From NCBI GenBank assembly GCA_017413305.1, contig JAFPUA010000158.1:1-39049 (forward strand): a stretch of DNA of 39,049 nt. The letters run 5' to 3'. The notes below the pieces were generated by a model, which was given only the letters and a program-made list of their open reading frames with translations, ran no database searches and had not been told where the DNA came from. Both the position numbers and the translations under genes were made by a program. Positions 1 through 8,284 of the stretch are shown piece by piece; position 1 is the first letter of the stretch; every line of letters starts with the position of its first letter. Source of the DNA: Candidatus Ruminimicrobiellum caprinum (GTDB lineage: Bacteria > Elusimicrobiota > Endomicrobiia > Endomicrobiales > Endomicrobiaceae).

Positions 1-141
1 AGCAACCCTTCTGAAAGACAGCAACTTTATCAGCGCTGATAAGTTTGAAGCCGGTGTTGCTGTTAACGGTTCTATCGGTAAGATTGCCGGTGCTTGGATT
101 AAGAAATCCAAGAAGGTTGAAAAGCGGGATGCCGTTACCGC
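1..141. repeat. Terminal overlap, identical to 38909..39049 (circular closure or assembly redundancy)
   Basis: Direct comparison of the first and last lines of the sequence shows that 1..141 equals 38909..39049 base for base. The repeat lies inside one continuous ORF (major capsid). Confidence 0.95.
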
Positions 142-688
142 TGTTCAGGGTGTTTACACCGTGACCATTGCCGGTAATGTTGCTTCCGGTGATAAGATTA
201 CCGTGCTTGGTGTGGAAACCACCCTTGACGCTACTTCCGGTGCTTCCGTTACCGCCGCTGCAACCGCCGTGAAAACCGCCCTTGCCGCTGATACCGGCCT
301 TTCCGCAAAGTACACCTTTAGCAATAGCGCCGGTGTTATCACCATTACCGAGAAATCCGGTAAAGAGGGTGGCGCTGTTCCTACTGCTTCCGTGGTTGCC
401 GCTGCTACTAACGTGAAAGCCACTGTTGCAACTACCACCCCCGGTGTTGCCGCCGCTAACGCTTGCTACATGAACCCCATTATCAAGCTTGAACCGGACG
501 ATGCCGAAACCGAGTACACGGAAGATGAACTTCCCGCCCTTACTATCTTCATGAAGAAGGATACTCAGGTTGACCATGAATGGTTTCCCAAGAAACAGCG
601 TCATGATATTACCGCCGCTAAGTATTATGGTGTTGCGGTTACCAATGCCGCTAAAGTTGTGGTTGCTAAGTTCGGTGTTAGCGCCTAA
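1..688 (+). CDS. Major capsid protein, C-terminal part (continues 38361..39049 across the circular junction; joined length about 411 aa)
   Basis: The reading frame in phase with position 2 is open from the window start to TAA at 686..688. It is the same phase as the ORF starting at 38361 once the 38908-bp offset is applied. The gene follows the scaffold gene and precedes the head-tail joining genes. Confidence 0.75.
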   Translation, partial: ATLLKDSNFISADKFEAGVAVNGSIGKIAGAWIKKSKKVEKRDAVTAVQGVYTVTIAGNVASGDKITVLGVETTLDATSGASVTAAATAVKTALAADTGLSAKYTFSNSAGVITITEKSGKEGGAVPTASVVAAATNVKATVATTTPGVAAANACYMNPIIKLEPDDAETEYTEDELPALTIFMKKDTQVDHEWFPKKQRHDITAAKYYGVAVTNAAKVVVAKFGVSA

Positions 689-715
689 TTGACCCTAAGA
701 AGGGGGATATAAACC

Positions 716-1243
716 ATGATTGTTAATATTGAAACCTTGCAAGCTATACCGGTTTTTTCTGATCTATCAGAAGATGAACTTGTTAGCATGGCTAAAGGTA
801 TAGAGTTAGCAATCAGGGCATATACCAACAATAACTTCCAAAACCGCTATATCAGATTTGAAGCTGCTTCACTTTCTGATAAATGTTTTGGAAGTTCCCC
901 TTTCTTGAAGGTTGGTGATACAGTTCAAATTTCACAGTCAAATGTGAATGATGGGCTTTATGTAATCACCGAAATTACCAATGATTACATTACACTTGAT
1001 TCTGAATTGTTTGCTGTTGATTCTAACCTTATCACTAAAGTTGAATACCCGGTTGATGTTGTTCAAGGGGTAATAAACTTGATGAAATGGGAAGTTGAAA
1101 ACCGTGAAAAGGTTGGTATCAAGTCAGAAACACTATCAAGGCATAGTGTTACTTACTATGACCAAGATGCTAACAATACTGCTATGGGTTATCCCGTTGC
1201 GCTGCTTGGTTTCTTAAAGCCTTACATGAAAGTGAGGTTTTAA
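716..1243 (+). CDS. Head-tail connector/adaptor candidate (gp6-like)
   Basis: 175-aa ORF with an RBS (aagggggat) upstream. It sits immediately after the capsid gene. The assignment rests on position and size only. Confidence 0.45.
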   Translation: MIVNIETLQAIPVFSDLSEDELVSMAKGIELAIRAYTNNNFQNRYIRFEAASLSDKCFGSSPFLKVGDTVQISQSNVNDGLYVITEITNDYITLDSELFAVDSNLITKVEYPVDVVQGVINLMKWEVENREKVGIKSETLSRHSVTYYDQDANNTAMGYPVALLGFLKPYMKVRF

Positions 1244-1245
1244 CC

Positions 1246-1608
1246 ATGAAGCGGATTGGGGGTAATCTTAATGCCCTGTTACAGATTAATGTTGTAGGGG
1301 ATAAAGATAGTATTGGAAAGCGTCAATCTGATTGGGTTACCGTTCTTACTTTGAATGGTTGGCTTGATCTTTCTAACGGTGATTCCCATTACAATGTATT
1401 CAACACGAAAATTGAAGATAGTACACACATTTTCTTGTGTGATTATACTGATCTTTCAAATGTGACAAGGGATGAAGAAACTATATCAATCACAAGTAAA
1501 AATGCACGATTGGTAATTAAAGGGTTGGTGTATGATATTCTTCTGATTGATAACCCAATGAACATGAATGAACACCTTGAAATCTATCTTAGGTTTGTGG
1601 GTGATTAA
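1246..1608 (+). CDS. Head closure / head-tail joining protein candidate
   Basis: 120-aa ORF tightly packed after the previous gene, in the canonical position within the head-tail joining block. Confidence 0.45.
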   Translation: MKRIGGNLNALLQINVVGDKDSIGKRQSDWVTVLTLNGWLDLSNGDSHYNVFNTKIEDSTHIFLCDYTDLSNVTRDEETISITSKNARLVIKGLVYDILLIDNPMNMNEHLEIYLRFVGD

Positions 1609-1610
1609 TC

Positions 1611-2015
1611 ATGATTCAATACACTAACAATAGCGCAAAAGTTAAAACCGCTATAAATTCCGCTGTAAAGAACTTCCTAACAGAAGCCGGGGGAGAAATC
1701 CAAGCGGCGACAATCCGAAATTCCCGAACTGATACAGGGCAAACCAAAGGTTCTTATGAAGTAATGGTTGATGTTGGTACAGATGAAGGAACGGTTTACA
1801 TTGGGAGTAACTATCAAAACGCTATATGGGAAGAATATGGAACGGGTGAATATGCCCTTAAAGGGGGAAGAAAAACCCCATGGGTTTACCGTGATAGACA
1901 CGGTAAATGGCATAGAACAAGAGGTAAAACACCTAACCGCCCATTGTTTAAGGCTTTTACTTCCCTTTCCGGGAAAATGGAAGCCCGGTTAGCAGCGGTA
2001 TTGAAATCAATTTAA
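1611..2015 (+). CDS. HK97 gp10-like tail component
   Basis: 134 aa. The N-terminal ...AINSAVKNFLTEAGGEIQAATIRNS..TDTGQTKGSY... resembles the HK97 gp10 family, and the gene order fits. Confidence 0.55.
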   Translation: MIQYTNNSAKVKTAINSAVKNFLTEAGGEIQAATIRNSRTDTGQTKGSYEVMVDVGTDEGTVYIGSNYQNAIWEEYGTGEYALKGGRKTPWVYRDRHGKWHRTRGKTPNRPLFKAFTSLSGKMEARLAAVLKSI

Positions 2016-2029
2016 GGGGGTAGGTTGCT

Positions 2030-2404
2030 ATGAACATAAAGGGCTTTGTAAATCAGAAATTAGAAGCCGCTGGAATACCGTATGAATACGGGGAATGGAG
2101 TTCAAAAGCAACTTACCCCTATTTTGTCGGTTTATATACAGAAACAGATTATAGGTTTGAAGATAATTATTCCGCTGGTATCTTCAATATTGATGGTTGG
2201 TCAAGGGGTAATGATGCTGATTTAGTTCTTACCACTATGCAAGAAACTATTAAATCTGTTTTTCAAAATCTGAATGAAGTGGTTGATAACACCTTGTTTT
2301 TTATTAGATATGGTGGAGTTCAACCGATTCAAACGGATGAAGCGGAATTATCACACATTCAAATAACACTTTACACATATTTTTGGAAAGGAAATGAAGA
2401 ATAA
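2030..2404 (+). CDS. Tail completion/terminator candidate
   Basis: 124-aa ORF between the gp10-like gene and the major tail gene. Positional assignment only. Confidence 0.35.
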   Translation: MNIKGFVNQKLEAAGIPYEYGEWSSKATYPYFVGLYTETDYRFEDNYSAGIFNIDGWSRGNDADLVLTTMQETIKSVFQNLNEVVDNTLFFIRYGGVQPIQTDEAELSHIQITLYTYFWKGNEE

Positions 2405-3018
2405 TGTCTTTTTCTTTTAAGAAACATGGTATCACTTCCGAAACCGTGAAGAAAATGATTCTTGGTGCTGGCGTGATCTATAAGAACCTTGTTTATACCC
2501 CCGGTGAAGGTGGTGCGGCTGGTTCTTGGAGTGGTACGGTTCTTGGTGCAACTTCCGGTGGTATCACCTTCCACTATGAAATTCAGTGGTTGGAAGTTGA
2601 AGTTGACGGTGCAACCGTTCTTGTCAAGGGTGTTTCCCGTCAGAAAATCGGTGAATCTGCTTACCTTGAAGGTAATATGACTGAAATCACCGCTGATATT
2701 CTTGTTACCGCCCTTCATATGGAAGCGGCAACCGGTGACGATATTTCCGGGGATAACACTTACACCAAGTATGTTACCAAAAAGAATATTGGAAGTAGTG
2801 ATTATCTTACCAATATCGCTTATGTTGGTACGCTTTCCGATGGTAAGAATGTAATCATCATTCTTCCCAATGCTATTTGTCTGGAAGCCTTTGAAATCAA
2901 CCCGCAGAATGCAAATCAGACTACTTTTGCAGTTAAGTTTGAATGTACGGCTGATCTTGAAAAGGATGAACTTGATAAACTGGATGTTCAGATTTATTAT
3001 CCGGTATCACAGGCATAA
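2404..3018 (+). CDS. Major tail (tube) protein
   Basis: 204-aa ORF directly upstream of the chaperone and tape-measure genes, with a start overlapping the previous stop (ATAATG). This is the typical siphovirus gene order. Confidence 0.55.
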   Translation: MSFSFKKHGITSETVKKMILGAGVIYKNLVYTPGEGGAAGSWSGTVLGATSGGITFHYEIQWLEVEVDGATVLVKGVSRQKIGESAYLEGNMTEITADILVTALHMEAATGDDISGDNTYTKYVTKKNIGSSDYLTNIAYVGTLSDGKNVIIILPNAICLEAFEINPQNANQTTFAVKFECTADLEKDELDKLDVQIYYPVSQA

Positions 3019-3033
3019 CAGAAAGGAATTATC

Positions 3034-3264
3034 ATGAAGGTAATTGTGAAATCCATTTTTTCAGATAAATATACCGGTGTTCTTTATAATACCGGTGATG
3101 TTTTGGAAATTACGGAATCACGGTTTGCCGAAATTCAAGGGGTGGGGGATTTTCTTGAACCCGCCCCTGTTCCCCCGGTAAAGGAAAAGAAACCGGTGGA
3201 CGGTGAAAAAACGGAAACTACAAAACCAAGAACAAGAAAGGCCGCTAAGAAAGCGGATGGGTAA
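3034..3264 (+). CDS. Hypothetical protein with a Lys/Pro/Thr-rich basic tail
   Basis: 76-aa ORF with an RBS (gaaaggaa) upstream. Confidence 0.3.
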   Translation: MKVIVKSIFSDKYTGVLYNTGDVLEITESRFAEIQGVGDFLEPAPVPPVKEKKPVDGEKTETTKPRTRKAAKKADG

Positions 3265-3271
3265 GTAAACC

Positions 3272-3682
3272 ATGAAAGAAATCAAGTTTAATGATTTAAC
3301 GGTTGATAACGTCTTTGATTTTTGCGCTGTTCTGGATAAAATCGGGTTAGATAATATCCTTGGTGCATTTTCCAAAGATGAAATTTTGGCTATGCAAAGC
3401 GCCGGGGATGATTCTAAAACTATTGGTATTGCTCTTGCTATGAAGATGGGCGGTATTCTGATTAAACACCTTTCCGGTGCAAGGGATGAAATATATAACT
3501 TTTTCGCCCGGTGTATGGTTTGGGAAAGCGGGTTACCTGTTTCCCCGGAAGATGTACGGAATTTCAAACCGGGTTATTTTCTAAAGCTTCTGAAAGATTT
3601 CTTTAAAAAAGATGATCTTTCGGATTTTTTTGGGGAAGTAGCCGAATTTGTGGGTGTGGAACAGGAAGATTTGAAGAATTAA
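3272..3682 (+). CDS. Tail assembly chaperone (G-like, short product)
   Basis: 136-aa acidic ORF immediately upstream of the tape measure. It contains a T7 slippery run near its 3' end. Confidence 0.6.
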   Translation: MKEIKFNDLTVDNVFDFCAVLDKIGLDNILGAFSKDEILAMQSAGDDSKTIGIALAMKMGGILIKHLSGARDEIYNFFARCMVWESGLPVSPEDVRNFKPGYFLKLLKDFFKKDDLSDFFGEVAEFVGVEQEDLKN

Positions 3683-4002
3683 TTAATTCACGATATGGCA
3701 ACCCTTATGATTATCTAAATCGAACCATTAAGGGAAAAAGATTATATACAGCGGTTAACACAATTCTTCAACAGTATGATGAAGATAAATGTTGGTCGCT
3801 GTATTTGTCTTGTATAAGCAATCCATTTAGTGAACAGCAGAATGAAAGCTTTGAAGAATTCCTTTCCAGAGCAAACAAATCTAACACGGCTACAAATAAT
3901 CAAATGTCAGTGTTAGGAATGACTGATTCCGAAATGAAAAAACAAGTTGATAAAGCAAATAAAATCTTAGATGGGTTCATTCCACCTATGAAGGGGGGTT
4001 AA
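3272..4002 (+). CDS. Tail assembly chaperone, -1 frameshift-extended product (GT-like)
   Basis: The -1 frame is open from 3616 to 4002. The last -1-frame stop upstream is TGA at 3613..3615. The only slippery heptamer in the overlap is T TTT TTT at 3625..3631. The extension ends 6 nt before the tape measure start. Confidence 0.5.
3625..3631 (+). promoter_or_regulatory. Putative -1 programmed ribosomal frameshift slippery site (T TTT TTT)
   Basis: Seven T in X XXY YYZ phase relative to the 3272 frame (codons TTT 3626 and TTT 3629). Confidence 0.5.
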
Positions 4003-4008
4003 TCGGTT

Positions 4009-6474
4009 ATGGAAGTTTTTTCTTTGGTAGGAAAAATAGCTGTAAATTATTCGGATGCTATATCTAAGATTGATAAAGTATCAAATGCCGCCGATGATGC
4101 CGCCGATTCATTAAATGATGTTTCTGATGCAGCAGAAGATTCACAGAACCCTATTAAGGGTTCTGGAAATGCCGCTTCTGATGCGGATAGCAAATTTTCA
4201 GCATGGCAACTTACTCTTGCTAATCTTGCTGCAAATGCTATTCAAGGCATTATAAACAAGGTGGTTGAACTTGGTAAAAAATTAGGTGAATTTGCCGCTG
4301 CAAGTGTTTCTAATTTTGCGGAATTTGAACAGTTAGCCGGTGGAACTGAATTAATGTTTGGTGAAGCGGCTGAATATGTGATGAAGCAATCTGAAAAAGC
4401 TTATAAAACTGTTCAAATGTCACAGAATGATTATCTGCAACAGGTCAACGGTTTTGCTGTTGGCTTGAAAACCGCTTTGGGCGGTAATGAACAGGCGGCA
4501 GCGGAATTAGCCCATAAAATCATTACAGCGGAAGCCGATATTGTAGCCGCAACCGGCAACAGTCAGGAAGCGGTTCAAAATGCCTTTAATGGCATAATGA
4601 AAAGTAATTATACCATGCTGGATAACTTGCAGCTTGGTATTACACCGACAAAAGAAGGTTTTCAGGAAGTCATTGATAAGGTTAATGAATGGAATGCCGC
4701 AAACGGTAGAGCAACCCATTATCAAATTGAAAACCTTGCCGATTGTCAAGCCGCCCTTGTGGATTATGTAGAAATGCAAGGGTTAGCCGGTTATGCTTCC
4801 AATGAAGCCGGTTCAACTATTCAAGGTAGTTGGTCAAGCGTTTTAGCTTTATTTGATAATATAAAAACCAAAGTTGGTAAGCAGCTTGCCCCGGTGGTTA
4901 TGAATTTCCTTCAACAGCTATCCGCATGGATGGATAATGTTGATTGGGATGAATTCGCCGCTAAACTTGGTGAATCTTTCGGTGCTTTAACTGAATGGAT
5001 AAGCCAAATTGATTTTACAACTTTCTTCCAGAAAGCAAAGCAAGGTGTAACATCTTTTGTTGAAAAACTTGGTGATCTAATAACAAAGGTCGTTTCCGTT
5101 ATCAATTCAATACATGGTTTTTCAGAGAAACTAAAAGAAATTTGGCCTATTATCCTTGGAGTGGTAACGGCAATAGCAAGTTTTTCAGCGGGTTTGAAAA
5201 TTGTTAGTATCATTAAAGGTGTTGCAACCGCCCTTTCCGGTTTATGGGGTGTTCTTATGGCTAACCCCATTATTGCTATTGTTGCGCTGATTGCTGGTTT
5301 GGTGGTTGCCGTTATACATCTTTGGAACACCAATGAAGATTTCCGAAATGCTGTAATTGCTATTTGGAATGCTATCAAAGGCGCTTTTCAGTCTGTAGCG
5401 GAAGCAATTAAGAATGCTTGGAATTCTGTTAAGGAAAAAACTATTTCTATTTGGAATTCCGTTAAGGAAACGGTTACTAATGCTTGGAACACAATTAAAA
5501 GTGTTGTTCAAGTTGGTGTAATGCTGATTAAGGAAATTCTTACCGCTGCATTTAATCTTATCACTTTACCTTTCCGGTTTATTTGGGAGAACTGCAAAGA
5601 TGTAATAATTACGGTATGGAACGCTATTAAATCTTTTATTTCCAATGCAATTCAAAATATCAAAGATACTGTTACTGAAAAGTTCAATGCTGTTAAAGAT
5701 ACTGTTTCAACTATTTTTAATGCGGTCAAAACCTTTATTATAAGCGTCTTTTCCGCTATTTGGTCGGTAGTAAGTGATAAGCTGGAAAATATCAAAACTG
5801 CTTTTTCCACAAAACTTCAAGCCGCATGGTCAACAGTTAGTTCAATCTTTAATAGCATTAAATCAACTGTAACAAGTATTATTACTTCCGTTTGGTCGGT
5901 AGTAAGTGATAAGCTGGAAAATATCAAAACTGCTTTTTCCAGCAAGCTTAATGCAGCGCTTTCAACTGTATCTTCTATTTTTGAATCTATCAAAAGTACG
6001 GTACAGAGTAAAATTGATGCTGCTAAAGAAGCTGTAAGAAGTGGAATTGAACAGATGAAATCATTCTTTAATTTCACTTGGAGTTTACCACATATTAAAC
6101 TTCCGCATTTTTCAATAAGTGGAAGCTTTAGCCTTAATCCACCTTCCACACCGCATTTTAGCGTTGAATGGTATAGGAAAGGTGCTATTCTTACTAACCC
6201 GGCTATATTTGGGTTTAATCCTTATACCGGAAAGGCTATGGGTGCGGGTGAAGCTGGTAATGAAGCAATAGCCCCTATTGATACTTTGCAGAAATATGTG
6301 AAAGAAGCTGTTGCGGAAGAAAATACCGCAATGCTTGAAATACTCAGTGCAATTCTAAGCATTGTTTCAAGTATTGATGAAAATATGGCTGATAGCTTGT
6401 ATCATGCTTTGCTTGGATTGCAGTTCAAAGTGAATGATAGAGAATTTGCAAGGTTAGTAAAGGCGGTTAGTTAA
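4009..6474 (+). CDS. Tail tape measure protein
   Basis: The largest ORF (821 aa), helical and repeat-rich (W-N-x-I-K type repeats), with hydrophobic central segments. It sits between the chaperone and distal tail genes. Confidence 0.85.
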   Translation: MEVFSLVGKIAVNYSDAISKIDKVSNAADDAADSLNDVSDAAEDSQNPIKGSGNAASDADSKFSAWQLTLANLAANAIQGIINKVVELGKKLGEFAAASVSNFAEFEQLAGGTELMFGEAAEYVMKQSEKAYKTVQMSQNDYLQQVNGFAVGLKTALGGNEQAAAELAHKIITAEADIVAATGNSQEAVQNAFNGIMKSNYTMLDNLQLGITPTKEGFQEVIDKVNEWNAANGRATHYQIENLADCQAALVDYVEMQGLAGYASNEAGSTIQGSWSSVLALFDNIKTKVGKQLAPVVMNFLQQLSAWMDNVDWDEFAAKLGESFGALTEWISQIDFTTFFQKAKQGVTSFVEKLGDLITKVVSVINSIHGFSEKLKEIWPIILGVVTAIASFSAGLKIVSIIKGVATALSGLWGVLMANPIIAIVALIAGLVVAVIHLWNTNEDFRNAVIAIWNAIKGAFQSVAEAIKNAWNSVKEKTISIWNSVKETVTNAWNTIKSVVQVGVMLIKEILTAAFNLITLPFRFIWENCKDVIITVWNAIKSFISNAIQNIKDTVTEKFNAVKDTVSTIFNAVKTFIISVFSAIWSVVSDKLENIKTAFSTKLQAAWSTVSSIFNSIKSTVTSIITSVWSVVSDKLENIKTAFSSKLNAALSTVSSIFESIKSTVQSKIDAAKEAVRSGIEQMKSFFNFTWSLPHIKLPHFSISGSFSLNPPSTPHFSVEWYRKGAILTNPAIFGFNPYTGKAMGAGEAGNEAIAPIDTLQKYVKEAVAEENTAMLEILSAILSIVSSIDENMADSLYHALLGLQFKVNDREFARLVKAVS

Positions 6475-6476
6475 TT

Positions 6477-7328
6477 ATGTTGGAAAGATTGAAATTCACA
6501 AATCACATAAATGAAACCCTTGATTTTGGTAAGGGTGGGTTATTCGTGAATTCCAACAGTCTACATGATTATCTATGGGAATATTCCGATGATAGCAACC
6601 GGATTAGAAGCTTTGTAAGAGGTATTCAAACAAAATCTATTCCGGTTGTTATTATTTGTGATTCAGAAGAACAAGGAATTCTTTTGAAGAATCAGTTAAT
6701 GGAATATGCGGATAAAGATGTTTTAGCAAAGCAGCATGGAAAGCTAATCATAAATGGTTATTATATGCGCTGTTACATCATTGGTAGTAAAAAAAGCAAT
6801 TACCTTTGGTATAAAGGTCACCTTGAAACAACTTTAACCGTTGCAACTGATTTTCCCCAATGGATTAAAGAAAGCACTGTTTCTTTTCGTGTAGATGGTC
6901 GAGTAATTGACGATGATACACCAAGCGTTGTAACCGATAAAAGAAATCTGGATTACAATTATGATTTTCCATTTGACTATACTTCCGGTATGGCTGGAAA
7001 AACCTTAGTTAATACGGGTTTCACAGGAACTAATTTCAAACTTATTATTTTTGGCCCAGCTATAAACCCCGCTGTTCATATTGCCGGTCATACTTACCAA
7101 GTTAATTGCACTATTCAAGAAGGGGAATATCTTACTATTGATAGTTTAACAAAGGTAATTACTTTGACAAAGGTAAATGGAACAACTGAAAATCATTTCA
7201 ATGATCGTAATAGAACAAGTTATATCTTTGAAAAGATTCCAGCGGGAAACAATGTTGTAACGTGGGATAACACCTTTGGATTTGATGTTATCTTACTGGA
7301 AGAACGGAGTGAACCCAAATGGATTTAA
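6477..7328 (+). CDS. Distal tail protein (Dit-like)
   Basis: 283-aa ORF directly after the tape measure. Assignment by gene order. Confidence 0.55.
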   Translation: MLERLKFTNHINETLDFGKGGLFVNSNSLHDYLWEYSDDSNRIRSFVRGIQTKSIPVVIICDSEEQGILLKNQLMEYADKDVLAKQHGKLIINGYYMRCYIIGSKKSNYLWYKGHLETTLTVATDFPQWIKESTVSFRVDGRVIDDDTPSVVTDKRNLDYNYDFPFDYTSGMAGKTLVNTGFTGTNFKLIIFGPAINPAVHIAGHTYQVNCTIQEGEYLTIDSLTKVITLTKVNGTTENHFNDRNRTSYIFEKIPAGNNVVTWDNTFGFDVILLEERSEPKWI

Positions 7329-8281
7329 TCTATGCAACCGGCGAAAAAGTTGATATTGGTGTGATGAATAGTTTTAAATTTGATCTTGCTTTTGGTATTG
7401 ATGAAAATAATTTTGAACTAACCACAAGTACCAATAACCATGTTTGCCGGGAAGGGTACATTCTATATATTGAAGATACGGAATATGGCGGTATCATTCG
7501 GAAAATAGCGGTTAATACCCAAATTGGGGAATTGCTGTATAAGGGTGATACATGGCATGGAATAATTGCTAAAAAAATTCTTGAACCGGATGCCGGGGAA
7601 GATTATTTGATTTGTGATGGTGAAGCTAATTCAGTTCTTTCAAGTTTGATTGAAAGAATGGGGTTAGATGATCTATTCAAAGCTTCAACTGATCTTTCTT
7701 TAATTACAATCAGAAATTATAAAATGAATCGGTACATTGATGGTTATTCCGGTATTAAAAAAATGCTTGCTGCTTTTGGCGGGAAATTGAAATTAATATT
7801 TCAAGATGGTTTTGTAATTCTTTCCGCTGAACCCCTTGCCGATTATTCACAGGATGATGAATTTGATAGTTCACAAATTGATTTTGATATTGAAAAGAAC
7901 TATAAACCAACAAATCATGTGATCTGTTTAGGCCGGGGGGAACTTGCAGAAAGAACAGTTATCCACCTGTTTACAGATTCAGAAGGTAATATTTCCCATA
8001 CGCAAAGCCTTTTCGGTTTGGATGAAATAACTTTGACCTATGAAAATGCTAATTGTGAATCCGATGAAGAACTTGAAAACGGTGGTATTGAACTGTTAAA
8101 AGCAGAATGGAACACTGATAAACTGCAAATCAATTTTGATAGTACAAAAACCTATGATATTGGGGATATTGTAGGTGCAAGAGAAAATGTAACCGGTATT
8201 TTCATGGCTAAAGAAATTGTAAAAAAGATTGTTTCCATTGACGATGAAACAGTTACTATTTCACACAAAGTAGGAGAATAA
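7319..8281 (+). CDS. Baseplate/tail tip protein (Gp37-like or Tal-position protein)
   Basis: 320-aa ORF overlapping the Dit stop by 10 nt. It lies between Dit and the tail fibre. Confidence 0.4.
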   Translation: MDLIYATGEKVDIGVMNSFKFDLAFGIDENNFELTTSTNNHVCREGYILYIEDTEYGGIIRKIAVNTQIGELLYKGDTWHGIIAKKILEPDAGEDYLICDGEANSVLSSLIERMGLDDLFKASTDLSLITIRNYKMNRYIDGYSGIKKMLAAFGGKLKLIFQDGFVILSAEPLADYSQDDEFDSSQIDFDIEKNYKPTNHVICLGRGELAERTVIHLFTDSEGNISHTQSLFGLDEITLTYENANCESDEELENGGIELLKAEWNTDKLQINFDSTKTYDIGDIVGARENVTGIFMAKEIVKKIVSIDDETVTISHKVGE

Positions 8282-8284
8282 AAT

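Noticed and set aside
1-141. Terminal repeat considered as a genuine direct terminal repeat, an LTR, or an att duplication
   Set aside because: It lies inside a single continuous capsid ORF and is exactly identical at both ends. That is most simply an assembly overlap of a circular or circularly permuted genome.
4911-5378. 155-aa minus-strand ORF inside the tape measure gene (also 4507..4779, 5242..5511 and 5817..6149)
   Set aside because: They are antisense ORFs within the long repeat-rich tape measure gene, with no independent signals.
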